Positions 12,101-25,666 of a stretch of DNA of 64,000 nucleotides are shown in pieces. How positions within the stretch are numbered: position 1 is the first letter of the stretch; the number at the start of each line of letters is the position of its first letter. A program made the translations under genes and the position numbers. The stretch covers positions 7,140,698-7,204,697 of the forward strand of contig OZ037765.1 in the NCBI GenBank assembly GCA_964035545.1, given 5' to 3'. The notes under the pieces are model-generated. The model did not search any database. It was not told the origin of the DNA and saw only the letters and a program-made list of their open reading frames with translations. The stretch comes from Bugula neritina (Eukaryota > Animalia > Bryozoa).

Positions 12101-15100
12101 GAATACTTTCAATGGCCATTTCTACCTGCATTTCTTATCACCAATACTTAGACTATACCATCTGTGCCCTCATTGAAATACTCCAGCAGACACAGGTTAG
12201 TTTAGAATACCACATTGCATGAAACTAAAACATTTCTCAACAAAGCACAATCTTATTGAATTTTAGTGCATTTTTATCTAAACTAATATATCCATATAAT
12301 AGATTACCATAAGCTAATTTATACACTGTTTAGGATGTAAAGCTCTATAACTGTGGGTTGCTGCGGTAGGTGTACTATTTTGTTACTTTACACCTTCTGT
12401 TTGGGAAAATAATGTGTCATACCGTAGCAATTAAAGTGCATAATTACACTTAACTATAACAGTTAACAGCACCTTTGATACATTGGAGAGGTGAGGTGAT
12501 ATTTTCGAATAGTGTATGATTACAATGTTTCTCTTCCCTATCATACTCAGTTCAATTACTTGTACAAGGAGTTAAATTTGGAAATGTTTTGATTGTAATG
12601 ACATCAAATCTTAGTTTTCAGAAATCAGTATGTTTTTATTTGACCTGTGAACCTTGTTTATGCATGTTTTTGTTACATAATATGTAGTGCAGCTGTTTCA
12701 TTACTTGTTAGTGATAATCCTTGTTTTGTAGGTAGTAGTTTATTGCTATCTGTGTTTTGTATTATTGTTTTGTCAAATACTTACAGCCCATATTTATTTC
12801 TCATTTAAAGTTGCACACTAATCTAATTTCGTTTCTGTTTGAAAATTTTGTAGAAAGTTTTTGTATATAATTGTGAGCGTAAACCTTAGTCTAGAAAACT
12901 TCACGGAAATTTTAAGCATCAGTTGCAGAGAGAGTTATTGTAAAGATTGTTCTATTTCAGAACATTTTCTCCAGTAACAATGTGATGGTGTTGGAGATAC
13001 TGTGGCAAGCTGTTGGTGTGCAGACACCAGGTGGAAGAACCTGCGAATTGCTGTTAGAATTCACTCTGGCAGTGGCTGTGTCCAGTACCATCTCGTACAA
13101 CATCTGGAAACTCATAGACTCTAGGGCTATTCAAACGGTAGGCTTTCAAATATCTACTCATTAGATTAATGCCAGCATTTCAAGTTGAGTTCTTGCTATA
13201 GGAAAATGGAAACTTCCTTTAGCAGCCTGTTGTCTGGTATTCATTGATGCTACCAGACGAATTATTTCCCAAGAGTATTTTCTGTTTTAAGCATTACGGC
13301 GTGCTTGTCAATCATTTCTATATCTTTTACGACACAGTGTACTGAATTTAGAGGTCAGTGTGTAAAACAGGAAATTGACAATTACTTACCTGCCAGGTTT
13401 CCGAATTACTCCTATTGCGACTTGTCTATTAGCACAACTGCAGCTTGACCCTGAACGTCAAGTCTAGAAACTAATTTCCCAGCTCACATACAATGCATGT
13501 CTTTACTGTAGCACACGCGGTTCATTATTAAACAGCAAAGTCAACAGCTAAAATAAGCATAATTCATTTACGTGTGTATTGTCTAGCAAAAATTCAATTT
13601 CTGGTCATTTGGATTTGTTATTGGATGTTTGAAATTAATTTTGTGAGTAATTAAACAGCTTCAAGCAAGAGAGGAAAGGAAATTAGTTTCTTGAGTGCTT
13701 CGTAATTAAAAGCGGAAAGTGTTTGGATGACCAGTAGGGAATATGTTGTGTGCATTTCAGTTCATCTGTAATTCGCTTCGAGAGTTGAAAAGTTTAATTC
13801 ATTAATCTTATAAAAAATTGATACGTTGCCTATTTTATAAATATGATGTCTTTTAAAATTACACAAATTCCTTTATGACTTTTGTGCAGGTTACAGTTTA
13901 CAATCATCACAGGTTGCTAGCTGTTCTCCTTCACAGCCACCTGAATTGTGAATCCCAAGTGCTATCTTGCATTCTAAACTTAAGTAAGTTTACTCATAAA
14001 ATCATTATGGCTTTGATGATATATAGAAATTAAACGCCGAAATTTTTCACAAAATTTCTGCATTCTTATAGTGTACAGTTCACGTATTTACGAGTAGGAC
14101 GACAACTCCTATTAATACATTTTATTTCATGACTTCCAACTTACTAATCAATTGAAACAGTTTGATTTTGCTGCACAGCTTGTAATTTGATGTGCCAATA
14201 ACTTATTGAATCCCCTTTAATTGTATTACAGTGACATTTAAAAACTGTCTTTGAAGTGAGGCATGTGGATAGTGTGAACTCTGTGTTAATCAATAGATGT
14301 GCTAATTTAAAGTCTAGACCCTGTACAGGAGATGCACAGTTGGCCTTGACCTGCTGACTCAGCTAATTAAACTGCTGCAAAACATGAACACAAGTTTAAT
14401 GTGCTGAAAGTTTCTATAATATTGTTTTGTTGTCAGGTTGATGCAGTCGGTTATTTAAAACTCAGTTACTCTAGCAAAAATCTATTGAAAGTTCATAATG
14501 CAATGTATGTGGAAATGATCCTAAAATCTTAAAGATTGGCTGATTGAATGAAGATTGAGCTAAAGTTACATATCTACCTTCACGATTTTCAGTCAAAAAT
14601 TCAATTTGGCCGAGTTGAACTTTCACTGAGTTGCGTTGCATTGTAAAGGCCACTCGTCAAAATTTTTGGTTTGTAATAACTTAATCGGCCGATTTCAGAA
14701 TGACAATCAATGGGAATGATAATTCCTTGTAGATATTGGTATTCATGTTTATAACTATATCGGCTGCCTTTCTCAATTATTGATTTTATGTTGTCAACTC
14801 AACTAATTCATTACCTTTTTTAAAGGGCATCAAATGGCGATTAAGCGAGTTATATTTTAATATTATAAAGTGAGCTTCCGCATCAATATGATTTTAACAA
14901 TTTTCAATATAACTATAAAAGGGTACTCGGACGAGTGAAATTAACTGAAACGCGGAACTTTTTTCAGTAAAGGTATAAAAACAACTTAAGTTTATGCTAT
15001 AATTTCAGTTAAAAGAGCCGTAACAGTTGGCAGTGCGCCAACTGCCAGTATTCTCCTGCTGCCTCTGTTGGAGCTGATTTCAGCTCTTAGTATCTGCAAA

Positions 15101-18100
15101 CCAACGGAAAAGTGTTTGATGTCTTCAGTTGAAGAATGTGTCATGGCTATAGAAAGTCAGCTTCCTCTACATGACTCTGTTGATGCAACATCTGATACAG
15201 TCACAGTTAGTTTGCCAGTACATGTGTACTACTGTCTATAGTCCGTGATATTCCAGCATAGTAGTTTATAGTAACTTATTATAGTGTTTAGTTACTAACT
15301 GAATACCAACAGCAAGTAATTGAATACTATGATATGGTCATTGCTTACAACTGATGAAATTTGAAATTTTTACATAAGATGTATTGTTTTAAACTTATGT
15401 TATATTCAGAAACTGTATACATAGGAGTTAGAGGGAGTTTTATTTCCAGTAAGAAATTTATTATTCTATCACCCTTCAAAATTGCTTCACTCCCATTATG
15501 TCACTTGTCAATTTATAATATAATGACTAACTTTTTACAAATTCTGAAATAAGGTGATTGTTGAATAGTAAATATGAAAATTGTTGTGCATATAGAAGTT
15601 GTGTGCTCTTGTACTATTTGCACTAGTATAGACGTAGTTTTCTGCTGTGTAGTGCGAGCCTGCAAGCAGATATCTTACACAACTAGGAGATTCGGAGCAC
15701 CTGCTCTCACCTGACTACCTCAACAGCATACTTATAAACTCAGATTCTGCTCTGCTTTACCTACAATCAGTAAACCTGCAATTAGAGGCTGGGGGTGCAC
15801 CCTCCACCCTAACGGTATACATGACCTCTGCTATCCTTGTATCAACAAGAAGTACCAGAGTTCAACTAGCTGCTATAGATACTATAAAGAAGTTGGTTAT
15901 CAGCCAGCCAAACCAGGTACATGATATGTTTGATTGTAGGACAATATTGTATGTGTTACATTGGCTACACTGTATTGTATGTGTTACATTGACTACATTG
16001 TATTGTATGTGTTACATTGACTACACTGTATTGTATGTGTTACATTGGCTACACTGTATTGTATGTGTTACATTGATTACACTGTAGATTATTGCAGATT
16101 AACCAAGCATTGCTATTTTTCTCCAGAGCTCAGGTCTGTTCCTCGTCGTGATACACTGGAAGAAACGACATCTACATCCAGATGTAACTCTGTCTGCTTT
16201 ATTATCTCTTCCATCATTCGCCACACACAAGGTACACACTCATAGTATAACTTTATTATCTATTGATTTATTAGTCATGTATTTTTGTGCTTTTTCACTG
16301 CCCTCGAGTTTCTTGATGATTCTTGATACGATGCTGTTTTATAACGAGCCTGTTGTATGAAATATCTGCTATAAGTATGTATCTTCTCATTGTCATAATC
16401 TCCCCTGCAATCATGCAGTTGCAGGACTGTTTTTTACAATTTGTGTAGAATTCAAGTCAACTTTCGCCCCTCGAGGAATTGTCTTGTCATGTTGGTATAT
16501 ATTTCTTGTGTCCGCAGTACAACTTGCCTGTGGTGATCAAGTATTTGCTTAGCCTGGGGACATCTTCTCAGACCAGCCCGCTATCTATTAGACTACTCTG
16601 TGACCTGGCCACTTTACAACCTAAGGCTATACCCTACCTGATGCAGACTATACACTCTACTAAGCTAGATACTACTCACTCTGTAGCGGTGGCTAAAGCC
16701 AAAGCTATTTACCACATCTGTGATTTAAGGTACGTCATCTCTGTAAACCATCACCAGTGTGTTGGGGTAGCATTTGTGTTTTGTTCAACTTTCCAGCTGA
16801 TTGTATGCTTTTTCGGTCTAGTAATTCTTCATTGAATTTGTAGTTAGAAGAATCCAAGGAATTGAATGGTCACAGCCAATATATAGTGTATTGGAGCTTT
16901 GTTGAATTGCATCTGTTTTGTAGTAACTTTTTTCTAAAACTAGTATTTGAAAATAATTTCAAAACAGGTAATATATTTTAATATGTTAATGAGCTTCTCC
17001 AGCTAGTGCAAATACAGCTCTACTGGATATAACATGCATGTCAATACACGTCAATTTGTGTCAATATATATTAATATGTGTCAATATAGGTCAATATAGG
17101 TCAATATATGTCAATATAGGTCAATATATGTTAATATGTAAGTCAATATAATATAATACTGATATTGAATAAAAGCCAGAATTTTAGAATTCATAAGGTT
17201 TATGGGCTGTTCTAATTTACTTATCTTAGCTCTACTGTTCAGTTTAAACCAGATGTAACTCCAGACTGAATACTGAATATCGAGTACTGCACCAGATCAA
17301 CCTGTGGTTGTGTCATGTGTTTTAGACCAGAGTTGTATATTGCTGAGGTTTTGCCTGATTTAAACCAGACTTTGGCCACCCGGACCTCTCAACCAGAGGA
17401 AGTAGTATTGCTCTCTATACAGACTCTGTGCATCCTAGTAGAGTATGAGGTACTAGACATCATGTCTACCTGGGAGGTTATTGCTAGCCATTTCTCTTCA
17501 GCTCAGAAATCCAGGTACATACCTTTGAGAATCTGTTGTGAAGTAGATAGTGTTTCAGATAATACATTGTAAGGTGTTGAACAAACGCTTATGAGTCAAC
17601 TTGAGTTAGTTGAGACTTGGGCAGGCTTACTATACTCACAATTTCCTTCAAAAGAAGTTGTCTGTGAATCTTTAATTTTTTAGTCCCAACACTTCAGCTA
17701 GAGTGTCAAAAATATTATTTGAGTTAACATGGGGAGATAATACTTATAGCTAGAATTATTATTATCTCCCTCATAGACTGCAGCTGTATAATATTCCATT
17801 TTTTATGACTTCATGCTCGTGTTATCATTTTTTTTCTTTGAGTGAAGTCATTTTTATACTTTTAATATATGTTGAGAGAAACTAGCCAGGAGTATTATAT
17901 GGTGTGATACTGTAATTTTAACTGACCAATAGGAGTTCACCAACTTTATTGATTACAGACCACTGGAAGTAGCTGGAATCTGTGAGTTTCTTGGATTAAG
18001 TGCTGATTTCAAAGAGCCACTGACTCCACCACTACAAGTAAATTATCTTCCCTAATATACCCCATGCCAGGCTGTTTTGTATCCCAGCAAGCATTATTTT

Positions 18101-21100
18101 CGAGTTTATATACAACTTTTGTTTTTGAACAAAAAGGCAGGTTTTATATTACATAATACTTTCAATATTACTTCATTGATACATAATTAGCTAATCAGAA
18201 AGATGCTGATTGGATAGAATGTTTTATATATTTCTGTTCCCGTAGAACTTTCAGGATATGGCGCTCTCTACACTGTGGAGGTACACCTCAGATGCCAGCT
18301 GTTTGGTTGTTTCTGCAGCATTCACTGCTCTGTCAAAGTTTCCCTTTGATAGCATAAAGTACAGCCACATGTCTGAGCAGGTCAGTGTTGGGTTGATACA
18401 CACAGACGCTGATTTTCATAGGTCAGCAGTATTTTGCGTGTTTTTAATGATTCTTGAAGTTTTTCTGCTACTCTTTTTACTGAATCAAAAGATATTTACA
18501 TAGAAAAATGAATCCCCTGGTATGGAAAGACAAGAATGTACGGGGTTTAATGATGATATTTTTGGACATTTTTGTCTTCGTACATTTTAGACTATGGTTT
18601 TACTCTGGCAAATGAAGATTAATCAATAAAAGAATGACAAATTGAGTTAATCATGCATTTTCTGGCTATTTAAACCTTCTGCTCATGCAATTTCATTTAA
18701 GTATATAAAATGCATGATTCACCATAAAGTTTTTTATTTGTGATAGAATTTTCATGTTCTTATTTTATGCTACTTTTTAGCTTTATTTTATAGAACCTTA
18801 TACTGAGAGTTCTATCAGTTTTTATACATGTTTTGAAATTGTTTGTAGCAGGTTTAGAGCATTGTAGCAGAGCATATAAACAGGTGTGAAGCATTGTCAC
18901 AGAATTGTAGATGTTTGCTGTTGCCACCAGTTAATGGAGCAGCTGTACAATTTAGTATGTTTCTAATGCTGTATTCCTCCTATCTGAACTGACACATTCA
19001 ACTATCTGCTTACTCTGAGGTGTATTTTAGACACAGCTGACTTACGCTGCCGATTACAGTGACAACAGGGAGAAGTATGATAGTGGTCTTATCAATGCTG
19101 CTGCCGTACTGGACCTTCTCACAGAGCAGCACTCTGACAGCCTGCAAGGCTACCAGACCCTCTTGAATAGCCTAATCACAGCTGTAAGTGAATATATTCT
19201 GAGGATACATACAGCACTGAGGTCACCATATGCTGTGGTGCTACTCCACTATCCAGTAGAGCATGTATAGCACCCCCCTCCTCCCCTACTACTGTCACAC
19301 ATTCATAGTATGCATACTTATAGCATGTGCTCTTATACAAGTATAAACATATGTTGTCAGGGACAGATTAGTTTAGTAGGCAAGAATGTTGTTTCCCTGA
19401 ACACTGTTATACTACACAATACTGCTAGAAACATTGCAGTTTGCTTCAAGTATTAAATTGTAATTTAGTACCATTGCACATTGAGTATATGAGTATCACT
19501 ATCAGTAACAGCAATGTAACTCTTCACTCTTTAATAAGTGCTTGTATCGCTATTGTGATGTATATTGTGCTGTGTATTATACTGTATATTGTTCTGTAGA
19601 TTGTATATATAGTTGCTAATGTTTCACCTGTATTTCACTATGTTATATACTTTGGTAGGAAGCCCGTAACTTAGGAGTTGGCATTACAAGAAAGTCTGTA
19701 AACGCCAGGTCAGCTGTTCCTAAATCTCTCCAGAAGATTCCACAGCTAATCGACAGCAGATATGGAGCCGTGAAAAATAAACCTAACTCAGCAGTTGCTC
19801 TTGGCAACAGCATAGGTTGGTTATAAATTCACATTAATTATAATTATAAAAAGTTATTGCAAAACATTATACCATTGCTATTTCAGACATGTTTCAACTG
19901 TTTCAATATATGACTGGAAATTTGTTTGTATCATAAACATAATATAAACCACTTATTTTAAAGTTAAAAAGCAATATATTACAAAATGATATGCATTTAA
20001 CCACTCGAGTAATTTATTTAAAATTCATGAAAATAATCATTGTGTTTCAGTTGGGATGTTGAGCTGCACAGTTACCGAAAAGCTAAAGGAAGGTTCATCC
20101 AGCAGTGAAGTGAGACGAATTTATTCAATGTCTAAACAGACCTCCGAGATGCTCTCCAGATTTATAATGAATTCTGTCTCGCTGTCGTCTGCAGAAAATT
20201 GGTTGTTTAATGAGCAGCTCTTGGGTGGCTGGAAATCCTACATCCATCATGCTCTCTTGACGTGTATAGAGGGAAGGCGTGCTAACCTTGTCATCTCTAA
20301 CCAAGTAGGTACATGCATCTGGCTGTGTGATTAATAACTTTTATTACTCTTTTACTTGACTCAAAGAAGTTGTTAGAAAGTAAGATAAATTGAGAGTTAT
20401 ATTCTCTCAAGTAATTAGCAGGGAGGAATATACAACTTGTGCCCTCTCTAAACATATAGCCAGAAATTTGTTGTTGTGTTCTCAATCTGCCAATGGCATG
20501 CTCTGCTGCAGCCCTCTTCACCGCCCTTCCTTGAACTTGTCTGTTTGGCTAAAGATCACCTGGACACCGTCATCTGCACGTCTGCTAAGCACGATGAGAT
20601 TACACAAAGCAGCGCTCTCATAGCATTGACCTCTCTAGTCTCCGTAATCAGACAGCTACTCGATGGAGTCAAACACACTGATCTCCCAACTTCTCTAATT
20701 AAATGGGAACAGAACGTTCTGGAAGGTCTGATAGCAACTTCGTGTGGCCAACCTTACAAGTAAGTTCTACTAGCATATAGACACTGTTTTTTCTATTTTT
20801 CCACTCTTAGATGTTGGTTGAGGGCTGTATAGTACACATTGTGCTATTTTGTTCAAGTTACTTCTCTAAGCGAGTTACTAAACTCACTCGATATATAGAA
20901 TATTCTTGACCTAGGACTGGTTTCCCGTGGCTCACCACTTCTGGGTCGGATCTAATCACCTCCACGGGACTCTGCTGCCTTTCTATACTGCCTTACTCTG
21001 TGTATGTGGCCAATGAATCTGCTCTCTATACTGTGCTGGGTTTCCTTTTAGACACTCTGCTGTCGAAGGCAGCAGGTGAGTCATCTCCTCGTCTCAGCTC

Positions 21101-23469
21101 ACCATTTTTTTAGTTGAGTGTAGAAAATGAGACACAATACAACTTGAAGTACAAATAGTGAGTCACACATCTGCTTATGTCTGGTGGTATCAGAGGTATA
21201 TAATCTCAACAGTATATTTACTTGTTATAGAAACCCGCACAAGTTTATAGTCGCTAGGCTTGTGAGAACCCCGGATGAAAAGAGTTTTTTAAAGCAGATT
21301 AAGGACTTATTCATATGTGGCACAGGAGCAATTATGACTGGATGCTCTTCCTACTGTCACCAATGGTGTTTGGACGCAAACCACCGACGTTGTGTTAACT
21401 AGGCCAATGTTCTAACCAGTAAACCACAGCTGCTCCCTTACAAATTTGCTTGTCATTTAAATTTTAAATTCTTTTCTAGGTGCTCAAAATCTCCACTTTG
21501 CTGGAACATCTCTCGGCCATATTCTAGCTGAATTGTTCAGCCACAGTTATCAAGATATTGCTGACCATCAGGTGCTTGCTATCTCCATTTTATTTTGTTA
21601 ATGAATGTTTAGTTTCATATCTCAATACATGTGTGTGTTTGAAGGTGTTCAGTCTATAGATAGCTCTGCGAGAGGTTATTGCTGCTCAGCCCCCTTTCTA
21701 GAATTTATCTGGTAATAATGATGGTACACTGCTAAATGATTGCTTATCCTTACCTTCAAACTTGCAAGTAACTTATTTTTAGCAGGCATTATCACATTAT
21801 AGTCTGTTTAATTATAGCTTATTGAGAAAATAGACGAGTGTGTACAGTACCTCACAACAGAAGGTGTAAAGTTGAGTCATACGTAAGTTTTTACATGTAA
21901 GCTTCATGTTTTTCTCCTAAGTTGTAGCGATGATTGAAAATGCTTACGGATTAACGCTGTCTTACACAGGGGTGGCTGCACGTTGGGAATGCTAAAGCTG
22001 CTGCCAGCACTACTTAGTGACAGTATCAGATATAACATACGTGACCTATATGATCAGTTGGCAGCGCAAACAGAGAATGCTGACGCCAGCTCTGTGAGTT
22101 TATGGCTAGATGAGACGAAGTGATTTAAGTTACTAGAATCACATTAGTGTTTACATGTTAAATGTGTGATTCTTTCTGCAACATTGATATCTGAAAGTCA
22201 ATTTAGATGCACTCCAAGCTGATGGTTTTAGTTATTTTTCAATAACTCAAGACATTACTACATGTTGTGTTGTTACTATGTTACTTACAGTAGCTGAGTG
22301 CTAGTGTTTATAGTATATGTAACATGTTGCAGGTAGCTTGGTATGCGAGAGGTCTACTCGCTGCTCAGCTGCATCTACTTAACATGTGGCATGGAGACAT
22401 CAGTGACGAAGTGGAATACTTATTGTCACGTCTGTCTCTGGTTAGTGTAAATAATTTTTTAGATTGATGTTACTGATATATACACACACATATATTACTA
22501 GTATCTTGTATACCATATTACTAATATAGTCTATAATATATTACTGGTATTGTGTATAATGTATTACTTATATCGCATGTATTACTACTGTAATATATTG
22601 CTGATATTACATATGTACTACTAGTATACTTTATATAGAATTTGTAATTATATATTATGATAATTTCATATATTATTGATATTCAGCACCAAAACCCTTT
22701 TACCCATTTGTTTAAAAATCAGTGAGATGCTTTGTTTTACATATATTATGATAGTTCCAGACTGATGACTATTTCATTACGTCATTGTTACTGTCACTAT
22801 TACACTATTTTCATGTTGGTTACTTGCTGGAGTTAGAACAAACAGCTTTTCACTTAAATTTTATTATTATCTGCTGCCATTGTTATCATGTATATGTAGG
22901 TTGAAGCAGCCCACTTGGGTGTATGTGTATTGGTTAGTACTTTAGCACAAGAATATCATGAGTCGTCTGCTAAATGGATCCATTTTCTGCAGGAATTTTT
23001 ACTGACAGAATGTGAAGGTGTAAGTTTGTCAGTCTGTTGTTTGACCCCCCAGTTTCTTCTTCTTAAACGTAGTTTAGATGGAATGTCTCTTTTTACCTGC
23101 ACAGCATTTTCTGCTTTTTGAAAAATATCTGATTGATGGTGATTTCTTGACACTCTCAAGTCATGGGTTTTTATTTGCAATATTATATATGCTTCTATAT
23201 GTTGATATATGCTTATAGTCGCTTTTATATGTTTGTATATGCTTGTATTCGCTTATATTTGCTTATATATGCTTATGTAGGTGTATATATGCTTATATTC
23301 TATTATATATGTTTATATATGCTTATATATGCAATATCATCAATCAATTATAACACATCCTGTAGTTTTCTTGTCTTCAGAGTACAGGAAGTGATTGCAA
23401 TGTTCCCGACCTTCACCTCTCCGCACTCTTTCTTCTGACTGGGGCTACGCAGTTGCAGGTACTTACGAC

Positions 23470-23560
<91 letters not shown>

Positions 23561-25597
23561 TTGATTAAGGATTTTGTGGCTAATCACTTATATATCAGCA
23601 CTTGAATAGTCTGTTGAAGTTATCTAACTTTGGTTATGTTATATAATTGCAGCAGTTTAATAACTACTAGTTTTTTATTTATACCATTGCTTTAAAAGTT
23701 GCAAAGCTAGTATCTGTGCAAAAGATTTTGTTTCTGATAAGACCAACTCTGATGAAACAGGGTTTCTGATAGGATAGTGTATGTGAAAGGGTGTTTCTGA
23801 TAGGATAGTGTATGTGAAAGGGTGTTTCTGATAGGATAGTGTATGTGAAAGAGTGTTTCTGATAGGACAGAGGTATATCTACAGGGTTTATTTATATTAT
23901 ATTGTATGACTAGTTGGTCATGTATTACAGCCTGGAGAGACAGACCTGCACCCTCTAGCTGTAACCACTGCAGAGAAGCTGGTCGGCGTGCTGTCTTCAG
24001 CTGATGTCAAGTCCAACTCTAAAGTCTGGATGATGGCGTCTCTCTACAGAGTCTTCAATTCTTCCTCATTTCCCTCTCACAGTATGAGCTGTTCTTACTA
24101 ATGTTCTGGGGTCATTATTCACTATTATATGAGTTCCGTGAAGATAATGCTGCATGATAAAGAAGTGCCTTACTACTTTTTACTGTATGCTGAGAGCTTA
24201 TACGAGAGGCTATGCTTTACGAAGAGAGTTTAAATGAAACTTGATACTTTTTTGAAAAATATTTTTTCCTGTGTCAGAGAATCTGCTGCTGCAGTAAACT
24301 TATCTCTATGTTAGATTTTAAATGATACACAAGGCGTGTAATGCAGACATCAAAGCTTGACTCTATGCTAAATTCTCGTGCTTGCGACTAGATTTTCTCA
24401 TGTGTTATTACCCATAGTTCAATAATGCTTCATTCAACTCTTGTGCATTTACTGCGAGTTGTTGCCTAAATTATAATTAGGGAGCAGCCATAGTCTAGTA
24501 TGACAAAAGTCGTGGGTTAGAGTCCGTGTCTAGAAGAGCATCCAATTATAATTGCTCCTCTGCCACAGTAGAAGTCCTCAAACCATGTTGCCAGCTTGTT
24601 TAGGGCATAGTCCTTAGCCCTCTTGAAAATCCTTTGTAATCGACGGGGGGGGGGGGGGGGGGGTGTGGAAAAATGGGTTTTCACAGGGATGAGTACTTGA
24701 AACAAACAAGAGTTGTCTAATTTATAATTGAATATAATTTCTAGGTCGAGACTTGGCTCCTACATATAAGCACACCCTTCCTCAAAGCTCTATATTGAGA
24801 CATGCTGTTGAAAGCTTACACGGCTATGTCAAGGCTAAGCTAAAGCTAACCAGTCAGCAGCTGGTTGCTTTACTGCGATGCATTACAGCTGCTGCCGAGG
24901 TGAAGCAGCTGCCACTTCTTCAATGGTCAGCTCTACTCCTACCTTTGATGAGACAGTCTTCAGGTAAAGTTTGTCTGGTGCACCAAAACAATCTTTATGT
25001 AAATAAATCTTGACATTTGTAGGTATGAATGAGTATTCTTTTCATTTGCATTTCAAAGTTTTCTGTTAAGTTTTCATATCAAAAGTATTGGTAAAATATT
25101 GACAAATTTTGACACTGGTGCATTTTCAATATCATTAATATTATGCGTTTCATGATTCATTGTGTTTAGTAAACTACTTACCCTATCAAGTTGCTGTGAA
25201 GTAATTCTCACTCATATTCACAATATGCAATCATCTAGTAATGTTCAAATTGCATTTTAGAAAGCAATGAGATTCAGAGTTTGTGTATAAGAATAGCAGC
25301 AAGTCAATGCAAGGGTTGTCTTCTTTCATCAGCCTTTGTTTCCAGATGGTGTTCTCCCCAACTGTACAACACATTGAGTGTGAGTATGCTTAGGTTGTAG
25401 TCAATTGCCTTACTTTGTTATACTGATTGTCCACAGCATGCAGTTACTGTTTCTAATATTGCAGCTTGGCGCTCAGGTGTCTCTATTGACTGTGTTTGAG
25501 AAATGCATAGATTATATAAGAGTATCGAAATTGAATGCATTTAGAGATCAATGTTGGCTGCCCATGCTTTTACAGGTAAGTGTAATTGATATACTTG

Positions 25598-25666
<69 letters not shown>

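Noticed and set aside
15945-16086. CRISPR-like array (28-31-bp repeats here and at 23757 and 61637)
   Set aside because: The units are directly adjacent with no unique spacers, there are no cas genes, and the context is eukaryotic. They are minisatellites.
21380-21437. tRNA gene
   Set aside because: The A/B-box-like head lacks a full cloverleaf and runs into a shared SINE body.
23163-23587. ORFs with YI/IY repeats (also the tail of 25405-25680 and 3856-4110)
   Set aside because: Translation of microsatellite or low-complexity DNA.
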